Part shown: positions 17,833 through 25,545 of the stretch, piece after piece | How the letters are laid out: each line of letters starts with the position of its first letter | Numbering within the stretch: position 1 is the stretch's first letter | Origin: Myxococcota bacterium | GTDB lineage: Bacteria; Myxococcota; JACRCW01 | Direction of reading: 5' to 3' | NCBI GenBank assembly: GCA_040752415.1 | Contig: JBFMGU010000134.1 | Location: 1 to 28,930 of the forward strand | DNA: 28,930 nucleotides | The notes under the pieces: model-generated | What the model was told of the DNA's origin: nothing | The model's input: the letters and a program-made list of their open reading frames with translations, nothing else | The model's database searches: none | Program-made: the position numbers and the translations under genes

Positions 17833-20709
17833 ATGCAACGCTTCACATCCTGCACGCGAGGCATCCTCCTTGTCGGTGCGATGGCAGCTCACGCCTGCAC
17901 CAACACCGGCCAGACGACGCCGCCAGATGAAGGGGACGGCGTCGACGCGGCGGTGTCGCTGGTGCCCGATGCGGCCGTGGGCCAGGGCGACGCCGGGAGA
18001 CCGGATGGATCCGTTGGACCACAAGACGCAGGGCAAACGGGTGACGCGGCCCTGCCCGGAGATGCGGGCGGCGTTACCGACGGGAACATCGTCGTCGGCG
18101 AGGATGGGGGACAGGGTGATGCCGGCGGTGGAAGCATTGCGGACGGTGGCGGGGCGGCGGATGCCGGTGATGTCGATGGGGGCGACACGGCGGACGCGGG
18201 CCCGCCGCAGGTTGCGGAGCCGCGGAGGAAGGTGCGCCTGCGGATCCACGTGGTGGCAGATTGGGTGTGTTGCGCCGTGGTGAGGGACTGGATCTGGAAC
18301 GGTTTCCAGACGTTCACGTCATGGTTCTCGTCGCCGCCAACCGACACGGAGGGCTACACCGAGATGGAAGTCTACGCCGACGAGCCCACGTGGGTGACCG
18401 CGGGCGATGGTACCTACTCCGAGGAGGCCTGGGCCTATGACACCACGCTGGCAGCTTCCGACGAAGGTCCTCTACGGGACGGCACCCTCGGCACCGTGGG
18501 TTCCTGGGTTCAGGACACCGACCTCTACGTGACGCCGAGCTCCACCATTGCCGCGGAACGGGTCGCGGGGGTCGTGTCCAACAACGGCGGCAACATAGTC
18601 TCCAACAATGGCGGCGGCGTGGTGTCCAACAACGGCAGCAACCTTGTCAGCATGGGCGGCGCCAATCTGGTGAGCATGGGCGGCGCCAACCTGGTGAGCA
18701 TGGGCGGCGCCAACCTGGTGAGCATGGGCGGCGCGAACTTCCGCTTGCTCACTGCCTACACTGACATCGAGGACTCCGACGGCAACCGAACCACGCTCAA
18801 CAGTTGCAACGCAACCCTCACGTACCTCAACATCGAGTGGGGCGTGGAGGACGTGGGGAGCTACGACCCCTGCCCGGACACCATTCCGGTGTGTAGCCTC
18901 GTCGACGCTGCCACGGCGGCGACGGTGGACCCGGATTCCGATTGTGGGAAGCTGGGCCTGCTCCTGGCCACGTTTTCCCAGCTCGCATTTGATCATGGTT
19001 TGACCGACCAGATGGTTTTGATTGATGCGCTGAAACGGGACTTCATTGACGGTGTGATGGATGGCAAGACCATCGGTCCGGACGGCCTACCCGTCGACGT
19101 CCAACTTCCGGGTGGCGTCTCACTGCCCGCCGACATGACCACCACCCAGCTTGCGGAGGCGGCCCGCAACTTCCTGAGCGGGCCCTTCAATGCCTCGGGC
19201 CTGACGGAGACGGACTTCCTCAACATGATCAGCCGCATGGAAACCTCGGACTACCGGCTGTCGGATGCGCAGCCGCCCGTCGTCGCGGGCGTGGAAACCG
19301 ACGAGCCGGTGCAGCAAGGCTGCGTGCCCATCTTCTACACGCTGGAGCAGGCGGCGGGTCGGTCCGTGGATGTGCTGGTGGAGTTTGACGACGGAACGGG
19401 CTTCAAGAAGGCCACGCGCGCGGGCCGCTCCTTCTTGGAGACCTATCGCGGGGCGCCCAATTCCGGGACGCGCAACCTCAAGACCGTCGAGGCTGGAGAG
19501 CCTCACACATTTTGGTGGAACACCACCGTCGACGTGCCCAACGCGGAGAACACCGGACCGGTGCTGGTGCGCGTTTCCGCGTTCATGGACGGCCTCATCT
19601 CTCCGTACAACGTGACCGCTTCCATCGACTTTGCCCGTCTTCCCGACTCCGGCTGCAACGACGCGCAGGGCGTCACCGACCTCCCGGGATACACCGCGCC
19701 GCGCCTTGCGGGCGGAGACATCAACGGCGACGGAAATCCGGATCTGGTCACCATCAGCGGCACCGCGCCCGGAAAGATTGCGCTCTTGTGGGGCTATGGC
19801 ACGGGTGGCTTTACCTTCCAGGAGTTCGACACCGTCGACAATCCAGTGGCGGTGGCAGTGGGGGACATGGACCGGAACGGCGCTGCCGAGGTGGTGGTGG
19901 GCGCACGTCCCAATGAGAGCGCGAGCGTGGTGCTGGTGTACCGCTGGACGGGCACCACGTTGGAGGAGATCTACGGCCCGGTCACCCACGCCGGCCTGAT
20001 CGACGTCGCGGTGGGCGACTTCAACTTCGATTACGCCCTCGATGTGATCGCGCTCTGCCGCACTGCGCAGAAGATCGTGTTCTACGTGGGCGGTGGGAAC
20101 GGCACGTTCTCCGCCGAGAGCTGGATGCCCACGCGTGCGGACACCAACGACCTCGCCGTGGGGGACGTCGATGGCGACCTGCGGAGGGACGCGGTGGTCG
20201 TCGGCGAGGGGGGCCTGGAGTTCTTCAACGTGCCGGACCTGGTGCTGGCCCGGACGGAGGCCGCCACTTCCGGCATAGACCGGGTGAGCCTCATCGACAT
20301 GAACATGGACGCTCGGATGGACCTCCTCACCGTGGTGAGCGAGGACAGCTGGACCTCCTCCATCGACGTCGGTGTCTACACGCCAGAGTTCACCTACGAC
20401 TACGGCGGGGCGTGGGGAGCCTTCCTGGATGGACCGCCGGTGATGGCGGTGGCGGTCAATTCGGCCTCCGGCATCCGCCCCGACTACGTCTTCGTCACGA
20501 CGACGGGACACGTGACCAAGGTGATTTCCCAGGACGGCGATGACTGGGATTTGGGGACGGGCGGCCCAGGCTGGAGCATTGACGCGCAGCCGAGTGACAT
20601 GATCGGCGGCGACTGGAATGACGACGGGTTCGTGGACCTGGCGGTCTCCCACAGCACCGGCAAGGTCACCGTCCTCATGAACGACGGTTACGACTTCTTC
20701 GTTCCCTGA
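17833..20709 (+). CDS. Lipoprotein E (paralogue of C and D) with an 8-aa tandem repeat insert and FG-GAP/VCBS repeats
   Basis: ORF 17749-20709, likely ATG 17833 (MQRFTSCTRGILLVGAMAAHAC). Core LGLLLATFSQLA..DALKRDFIDGVMDG; FG-GAP motifs GDINGDGNPDLVT, GDMDRNGAAEVVV, GDWNDDGFVDLAV. Confidence 0.88.
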   Translation: MQRFTSCTRGILLVGAMAAHACTNTGQTTPPDEGDGVDAAVSLVPDAAVGQGDAGRPDGSVGPQDAGQTGDAALPGDAGGVTDGNIVVGEDGGQGDAGGGSIADGGGAADAGDVDGGDTADAGPPQVAEPRRKVRLRIHVVADWVCCAVVRDWIWNGFQTFTSWFSSPPTDTEGYTEMEVYADEPTWVTAGDGTYSEEAWAYDTTLAASDEGPLRDGTLGTVGSWVQDTDLYVTPSSTIAAERVAGVVSNNGGNIVSNNGGGVVSNNGSNLVSMGGANLVSMGGANLVSMGGANLVSMGGANFRLLTAYTDIEDSDGNRTTLNSCNATLTYLNIEWGVEDVGSYDPCPDTIPVCSLVDAATAATVDPDSDCGKLGLLLATFSQLAFDHGLTDQMVLIDALKRDFIDGVMDGKTIGPDGLPVDVQLPGGVSLPADMTTTQLAEAARNFLSGPFNASGLTETDFLNMISRMETSDYRLSDAQPPVVAGVETDEPVQQGCVPIFYTLEQAAGRSVDVLVEFDDGTGFKKATRAGRSFLETYRGAPNSGTRNLKTVEAGEPHTFWWNTTVDVPNAENTGPVLVRVSAFMDGLISPYNVTASIDFARLPDSGCNDAQGVTDLPGYTAPRLAGGDINGDGNPDLVTISGTAPGKIALLWGYGTGGFTFQEFDTVDNPVAVAVGDMDRNGAAEVVVGARPNESASVVLVYRWTGTTLEEIYGPVTHAGLIDVAVGDFNFDYALDVIALCRTAQKIVFYVGGGNGTFSAESWMPTRADTNDLAVGDVDGDLRRDAVVVGEGGLEFFNVPDLVLARTEAATSGIDRVSLIDMNMDARMDLLTVVSEDSWTSSIDVGVYTPEFTYDYGGAWGAFLDGPPVMAVAVNSASGIRPDYVFVTTTGHVTKVISQDGDDWDLGTGGPGWSIDAQPSDMIGGDWNDDGFVDLAVSHSTGKVTVLMNDGYDFFVP
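18571..18738 (+). repeat. Seven in-frame 24-bp tandem repeats: VVSNNGGN, IVSNNGGG, VVSNNGSN, then LVSMGGAN x4
   Basis: Units start at 18571, 18595, 18619, 18643, 18667, 18691 and 18715. Units 5 and 6 are identical (CTGGTGAGCATGGGCGGCGCCAAC). Confidence 0.95.
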
Positions 20710-20714
20710 CGTCG

Positions 20715-22019
20715 CTACTCGATGGTGACGCCGCCGGGGCGGCTGTTGGCCTGGAAGTACCGGATGGCCGCAGCCGCCCCCGCCACCGACGCACCCACCG
20801 CCACGACGAGCACCGCGGTTGCCGCCGCGCCGCTGGTGCCAATGATGGTCCACACCCACCAGCGCTGGTACCAGGCCAGGGGTCGGTCGACGAGCTGGAC
20901 CCACACCGCCACGGTGTCCTGCGGCTCCACGTAGACGTCGGAGCTCCAATCCAGGTACCCGCTCTTCACCACCTGCAACGTGTGCGGCCCCGCGGACAGC
21001 TCCTTCAACGGCGGCATGGGCAGCGTTCCCCGTCGGACGCCGTCCAGGATCACCGTGGCGCCCTGCTCACTGGCGGCAATGGCCAGCGTGCCTTTCTCGT
21101 CGATATCCACGCCCAGCAGACGTCGTCCGGCGCGCTTGAGCGCACGGATGAGCTGGTCCTCGGAGCCCACGAACGCCTCGCTCACCAGGTTCTCCACCCG
21201 GCTGTGACGCGCGGAGATGAGTCGCAGCACGATGAGGTAGCTGTCCGCCAGCTTGCCCACGCTGCCGGTGACGATCTTCTCCACGCCCAGCGCACCGCCG
21301 ATCTCCGCGAGGCATTCCAGGCTCTCGCATCCCGCGCGGGTCTTCTCTTCCTGCAATTGCAGCAGGGCGCGGATGTCGTCGCGGCTGATGACGCCCACGC
21401 CGTCCACGCGCTTGAGCTCGGCGGAGAGGACCTGGGTGAGGCTCACCGCCACATTCTCGCCCACGCCGTTGGGCGCAAGGTCCATCACCGCGAGCGTGGT
21501 CTTGCTGCCGGGCGGAAGCCGGAACGGGGATTCCAGGGGCCCATCCCACGACATCAGTTGGGCCACCAACGTGGGCAGCGCGGTGAACAGTCCCTTGGGC
21601 CCGTCCACCTCGGTGGCCACCGCGTTGACGTTGGTGGCGGTGCGCGGGTCGAGGAGCACCAGTCCCACGGTGAGCCTGCTGCCCACGCGCCCGATGTTGC
21701 CGGTGATGAGCCGGTCCACGTTGAGACCCTTGGAGAGCTCACTGAGGCAGCTCTGGTCCCCGCAGCCCATCATGGTCCGGGTCTGGTCCAGGCTGAGCAT
21801 CTTCTCCACGTCGGCGCTGGTGAGCACCGCGTAGTCCGCGCGTCCGGCGAAGGGCTGCGCCACCAGCACCGTGGCTTGCTCCAGCACCGCCGCCTCCACG
21901 CCCTGTCCCTTGAGCGGCATGACGAAAACGCGCGTGACCTTGGGGGCGACGAGGGTTGCATCCGTCGTCGACGGCGACGCGGCGACCGCGAGGAGCAGGG
22001 AGAGCGCGAGAGCGGACAT
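20715..22019 (-). CDS. Exported, membrane-anchored protein: two TolB-N/CsgG-like (DUF2380-like) alpha/beta domains, PEGA, C-terminal TM
   Basis: ATG 22019, MSALALSLLLAVAAS. Duplicated domain GC-GDQSCLSELSKGLNVDRLITGNIGRVG / GCESLECLAEIGGALGVEKIVTGSVGKLA. PEGA GATVILDG..LSAGPHTLQVVKSGY; anchor WYQRWWVWTIIG. The family name is inferred from the pattern. Confidence 0.8.
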   Translation of the reverse strand: MSALALSLLLAVAASPSTTDATLVAPKVTRVFVMPLKGQGVEAAVLEQATVLVAQPFAGRADYAVLTSADVEKMLSLDQTRTMMGCGDQSCLSELSKGLNVDRLITGNIGRVGSRLTVGLVLLDPRTATNVNAVATEVDGPKGLFTALPTLVAQLMSWDGPLESPFRLPPGSKTTLAVMDLAPNGVGENVAVSLTQVLSAELKRVDGVGVISRDDIRALLQLQEEKTRAGCESLECLAEIGGALGVEKIVTGSVGKLADSYLIVLRLISARHSRVENLVSEAFVGSEDQLIRALKRAGRRLLGVDIDEKGTLAIAASEQGATVILDGVRRGTLPMPPLKELSAGPHTLQVVKSGYLDWSSDVYVEPQDTVAVWVQLVDRPLAWYQRWWVWTIIGTSGAAATAVLVVAVGASVAGAAAAIRYFQANSRPGGVTIE

Positions 22020-22068
22020 CAGGCAACCCGATACTTGGCACAACCGGGCAGCGCCTGCACGGTGTGCC

Positions 22069-22785
22069 TCAACGGGCGGCGGGCAGGGCCTCTTTCAGCA
22101 GCACGGTCCTGAGCTTGGAGGGCGCGGTGCGAAAAGGGTCGGAGAGATAGATTTCCAGGTGTGGGTGCGCGGGGGTGAGCCGTTGCGTCGCCAACATGGC
22201 CCGCATCTTCTCGAAGCTGGCGGGCTCGTCGACGTAGGGGCCCACGTGGAGGATGCGGCCCATGCGCCGGCGGGGAATCCGTTCCAGCGTGACCTTGCGC
22301 GCCTCCTGGCTCCCGAACAGCTTGCCGCCCTTCTTCGCCACCGCTTCCGCGACGAGTGTCTTGAGGATCGCGGTGGTGACGTCGTCGGGAACGGGCAGGC
22401 GGAGGCGCCAGAGCCACGCGTCCCGGGGGGGCGTGCCGATGAAACCCCTGGGCACGTCGGCGGACCACAGTCCTTCCAACGGGCCGACCTTGAAGTCGTC
22501 GCCACCGGACCGCTTGCGCGAGAACTTCAACGTGTAGGCGAGGCCATAGAGCGCACCGATGGAACGCGCGAACTCGGCGGAGTCCGGGCTGCCCGCGCCG
22601 TCGATGGCCAGCACGGTGCGCTTGGGAACGTCGACAACGTCCGGCGCGGCGGTGGCTTGAAGGAGCTCAGGCGGCGCAAGCAGGCCGTTCCGCTTGGCGG
22701 CGGAGGCGGGTCTGCGCGTGCTCGCCGTCTTCTTCGTCGGAGACCGGGATGGTTTGCGTGGGGATTTCTTCCGGGGAGCGGGCAT
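22069..22785 (-). CDS. GyrI-like small-molecule-binding protein (Lin2189-like)
   Basis: Motifs LAIDGAGSP, LYGLAYTLKF, PLEGLW, LHVGPYVDE, HLEIYLSDPFRTAPSKLRT. Start is 22785 or 22797. Confidence 0.85.
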   Translation of the reverse strand: MPAPRKKSPRKPSRSPTKKTASTRRPASAAKRNGLLAPPELLQATAAPDVVDVPKRTVLAIDGAGSPDSAEFARSIGALYGLAYTLKFSRKRSGGDDFKVGPLEGLWSADVPRGFIGTPPRDAWLWRLRLPVPDDVTTAILKTLVAEAVAKKGGKLFGSQEARKVTLERIPRRRMGRILHVGPYVDEPASFEKMRAMLATQRLTPAHPHLEIYLSDPFRTAPSKLRTVLLKEALPAAR

Positions 22786-22890
22786 GGGTTGGGGCATAGC
22801 ACGCGTGAACCGACGCCTGCGCGCATGACCGGCACGTTGACTTCGCGTCGTCGCGGATACGGAGCATTGTTGCGAGGGGCCGCCGTGGTT

Positions 22891-24414
22891 TCAGTACAAC
22901 ACCTCCACGCGACCATTTGCGCCCGGGCTCAGCACGTCGCCACCACGGCCCGCGCCCTGGCTCTCCCCCGCCGCGCCCTGCTCCTGCCACGTGCCGGATT
23001 CCATCACCATGCTGGTCAGCGACGGGTCCGCGTACGACGAGCCACCGCCACCACCGCCGCTGCAGTAGGTCCAGATGAAACCCGCGCCGCCGCCGCCCTG
23101 GTAGCCCGCGCCGCCGCCACCGCCGCCGCCGTTGGCCTGGCCACCGCCGGAACGCCAGCCATCCGCGCCAATGCCCACGTCGCACTGGCCATTGACCCCG
23201 GTGGCACGTCCGCCCGCGCCCAACTGACCCGGTTGCCCGTCGCAGTGCACCGCGGTGCCCGCGGCGGTTCCACCCGCGCCGCCCGCGTTGGTCGTTCCTC
23301 CGGTGCCGCCGGTGGCCTGCGTGCAATACGGCGCCAGCGTGTCGACGAGATCCTCACCACGCTGACCATCCGGCCCGCCGCCACCACCGCCGCGACCACC
23401 ACCCTTGCACCCCGAGCACCCGTCGCTACCGCCGCCGCCGCCACCTCCCGCCACCAGCAGCGTGGTCTCCCCGCGCTTCACCCACGAGGCGCCCGCGCCA
23501 TAACCCTGTGCCTGCCCGCCCTCGGCCACCCACACCACCAGCGTCTCCAACGGCGTCACCGCCAGCACGCCGCGCACGAATCCCGCACCGCCGCCGGTGG
23601 CGCCGATCTGGTTGCCGCCGTGACCACCACCGCCCCACGCCTTCAACGTCACACTCGTCATGCCCGCGGGCACCACGAAGGTGTATTCCCCCGGCACCGT
23701 GTACACGTTGGCCGGTGGCGTCCCCGCGTCGGGCGGCGTTCCCGCGTCGGGCGGCGTGCCCGCGTCGGGTGGCGTGCCCGCGTCGACGGGCGTGCTGGCG
23801 TCGGGCGGCTCGCCTCCGTCGGTGGCGTCGCGGCAGATGGAGCGCGCGGGGTCGCAGGCGCCGGCGCAGGTCTGCAGCGTGGCGTCGTAGCGACACTCCC
23901 CCTGCACGCACGTGCCCATGGGCTCGTAGGTGATGAGCGCAACGGGCGTGGCGCAGTAGGCCGGTGGCGGCGTGGTGCAGTCCCCACACACCGAGCGGGG
24001 CGTTCCCTCGCCGGAGAGCTCCACCGGGACCTCGGCGTTGTTCTCGGCGTTGCTGCGCACCAGCACGCGGCCGGTGACCACGCCTTCCGTTGTCGGGGCG
24101 AACTGGATGCGCACCTCCGTCTGTTGTCCCGGCGCCACCACCGCGCCCTGGTCCAACGCGCTGAAGGACGTCTCCGCGCCGCGGATGGCCAGCTCCTCCA
24201 CGCGCAGCTCCGCGTCGCCGGTGTTCTTCACCGTGATGGGCAGATCCACCGCCAGTCCCACGGGAATGCGGCCAAAAGCCAGCACCGTGGGCGAAACCTC
24301 CACGCGCGGCTTGCGCTGCTCCAGGTTGGTGTCCTCACAACCCGTGCACGCGGAGAGGAAGAGCTGGGCCACCAGGCCCCCTGCCACAACAAAGCGAGAC
24401 GTCGGGAAACGCAC
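22891..24414 (-). CDS. Lipoprotein: ASH/choice-of-anchor-D Ig-like domain, Cys-rich module, PPDAGT repeats, C-terminal glycine-rich domain
   Basis: GTG 24414 with GGAG 6 nt upstream; signal ..LVAQLFLSAC. Ig-like VSPTVLAFG..ITVKNTGDAEL..IQFAPT..VELSGEG. Gly-rich domain FVVPAGMTSVTLKAWGGGG..LLVAGGGGGGG..GGGGGGSSY. Confidence 0.85.
   Translation of the reverse strand: MRFPTSRFVVAGGLVAQLFLSACTGCEDTNLEQRKPRVEVSPTVLAFGRIPVGLAVDLPITVKNTGDAELRVEELAIRGAETSFSALDQGAVVAPGQQTEVRIQFAPTTEGVVTGRVLVRSNAENNAEVPVELSGEGTPRSVCGDCTTPPPAYCATPVALITYEPMGTCVQGECRYDATLQTCAGACDPARSICRDATDGGEPPDASTPVDAGTPPDAGTPPDAGTPPDAGTPPANVYTVPGEYTFVVPAGMTSVTLKAWGGGGHGGNQIGATGGGAGFVRGVLAVTPLETLVVWVAEGGQAQGYGAGASWVKRGETTLLVAGGGGGGGSDGCSGCKGGGRGGGGGGPDGQRGEDLVDTLAPYCTQATGGTGGTTNAGGAGGTAAGTAVHCDGQPGQLGAGGRATGVNGQCDVGIGADGWRSGGGQANGGGGGGGAGYQGGGGAGFIWTYCSGGGGGGSSYADPSLTSMVMESGTWQEQGAAGESQGAGRGGDVLSPGANGRVEVLY
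23714..23808 (-). repeat. 18-bp tandem repeat (PPDAST, PVDAGT, PPDAGT x3)
   Basis: Plus-strand units GGYGGCGTNCCCGCGTCG are visible directly. Confidence 0.9.
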
Positions 24415-24508
24415 TGTCGACTCCGGAACGGGATGCCAGGTCCACACCAAGGGACCGGCTCGGTACCAGGGTTCGACGTCGGGCGACAAGCCATCCGCGA
24501 CGTGCTCC

Positions 24509-24537
24509 ATGACAAGCACCACCGCAGCCACTAACGT
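24509..24537 (+). promoter_or_regulatory. Putative sigma70 promoter ATGACA-N17-TAACGT for a leaderless transcript
   Basis: ATGACA 24509-24514, 17-nt spacer, TAACGT 24532-24537, then 7 nt to ATG 24545. No Shine-Dalgarno sequence is present. Confidence 0.55.
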
Positions 24538-24544
24538 GCGCGCG

Positions 24545-25525
24545 ATGCTCACGCTCTGCACCCTGGTGATGACGCTGGCCCCGTCCGCCGCCGCGGCCCC
24601 GTCGTCACCGCCGCCGCCCGTGGTCACCGCGGCCAATCTCGCCTTCCACAGTGCCTTCTGGCCCAACCTGCATCACACGCTCTACGTGGCGGCGTGGAGC
24701 AGACGTCCCCGGACCGGCGAGCGGCCCATGGCGGGCACGTTCCCGGAACCGCTCGGCGGCACGCTCACCCGGGAGGAACAGACCGCCTGGGACGCTGCGG
24801 TGGCGTACTACGACCGCGAGCTGGCCTCGCACGACCTGCTCTTCCACCCGCCCATGTCACCCATCCGCATGGCCACCATCTCGTCGGGGGAGACGCTGGT
24901 GGAGACGGAGCTTCCCAAGGAGCTGGCGACGGTGTTGAAGGCCGCCGCGCCCGTCTACCAACGTCACTGGTGGCCCCTGCATGACAAGGCCAACCGCGCC
25001 TGGATTGCGGACATGGCCGCGCGCATCATCGACGTGGCGCCCGAGGTGACCGGGAAGCTGGCGGGACTGTACGGGACTCCGTGGTTCGCGGAGCCCATCC
25101 GTGTCGACGTGGTGCGGACCGCCAACGTGCAGGGCGCGTACACCGGAACGCGCGGCATGGTGCACATCACCGTTGCCGGCGGCGACGCCGCGCACGCGGG
25201 GTGGGGCGGCGTGGAGATCCTGTTCCACGAGGCGTCGCACGCGCTCGTGGGGCCGCTGCGCACCGCCATTGACACCCAGCTGGAGAAGGCCGGCAAGCGC
25301 GCTCCCGAGCTGTGGCACGTGGTGCTGTTCTACGTCGCCGGTGAGGTGGTGAAGCAGACGCTGGCCCGTCGGAAGGTCGCGTACACGCAATACCTGTATT
25401 CCACCGGGCTGTTCGACAAGGCGTGGCCGCAACACCGCAAGAACGTCGAGAGCCACGTGCCGGCGTTCATTGACGGGAAGCTCACCCGGGAACAGCTGGC
25501 GCAGCGCTTGAGTGAAGGTCTGTAG
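24545..25525 (+). CDS. Exported HEXXH-motif protein, putative zinc metallopeptidase
   Basis: 3' part of ORF 23972-25525. Hydrophobic leader MLTLCTLVMTLAPSAAAA; strand VQGAYT precedes EILFHEASH. Alternative start is 24509. Confidence 0.7.
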   Translation: MLTLCTLVMTLAPSAAAAPSSPPPPVVTAANLAFHSAFWPNLHHTLYVAAWSRRPRTGERPMAGTFPEPLGGTLTREEQTAWDAAVAYYDRELASHDLLFHPPMSPIRMATISSGETLVETELPKELATVLKAAAPVYQRHWWPLHDKANRAWIADMAARIIDVAPEVTGKLAGLYGTPWFAEPIRVDVVRTANVQGAYTGTRGMVHITVAGGDAAHAGWGGVEILFHEASHALVGPLRTAIDTQLEKAGKRAPELWHVVLFYVAGEVVKQTLARRKVAYTQYLYSTGLFDKAWPQHRKNVESHVPAFIDGKLTREQLAQRLSEGL

Positions 25526-25545
25526 CAACACACGAGGAGACAGCG

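Noticed and set aside
18571..18738. 24-bp repeats as a CRISPR array
   Set aside because: The units are contiguous with no spacers, in frame, and vary at synonymous positions. There are no cas genes.
20715..22019. Calling this gene csgG (a curli system) because of the neighbouring Asn/Gly repeats
   Set aside because: It has no lipobox, it has PEGA and a TM anchor, and there are no csgA/B/E/F-like genes. The resemblance is at fold level only.
1030..25531. Long antisense or alternate-frame ORFs (e.g. 1030-2580, 3094-5223, 10241-13123, 19120-20949, 21871-24534)
   Set aside because: They overlap well-supported genes, are Arg/Ala/His/Val-rich with no motifs, and are expected shadows of high-GC3 coding sequence.
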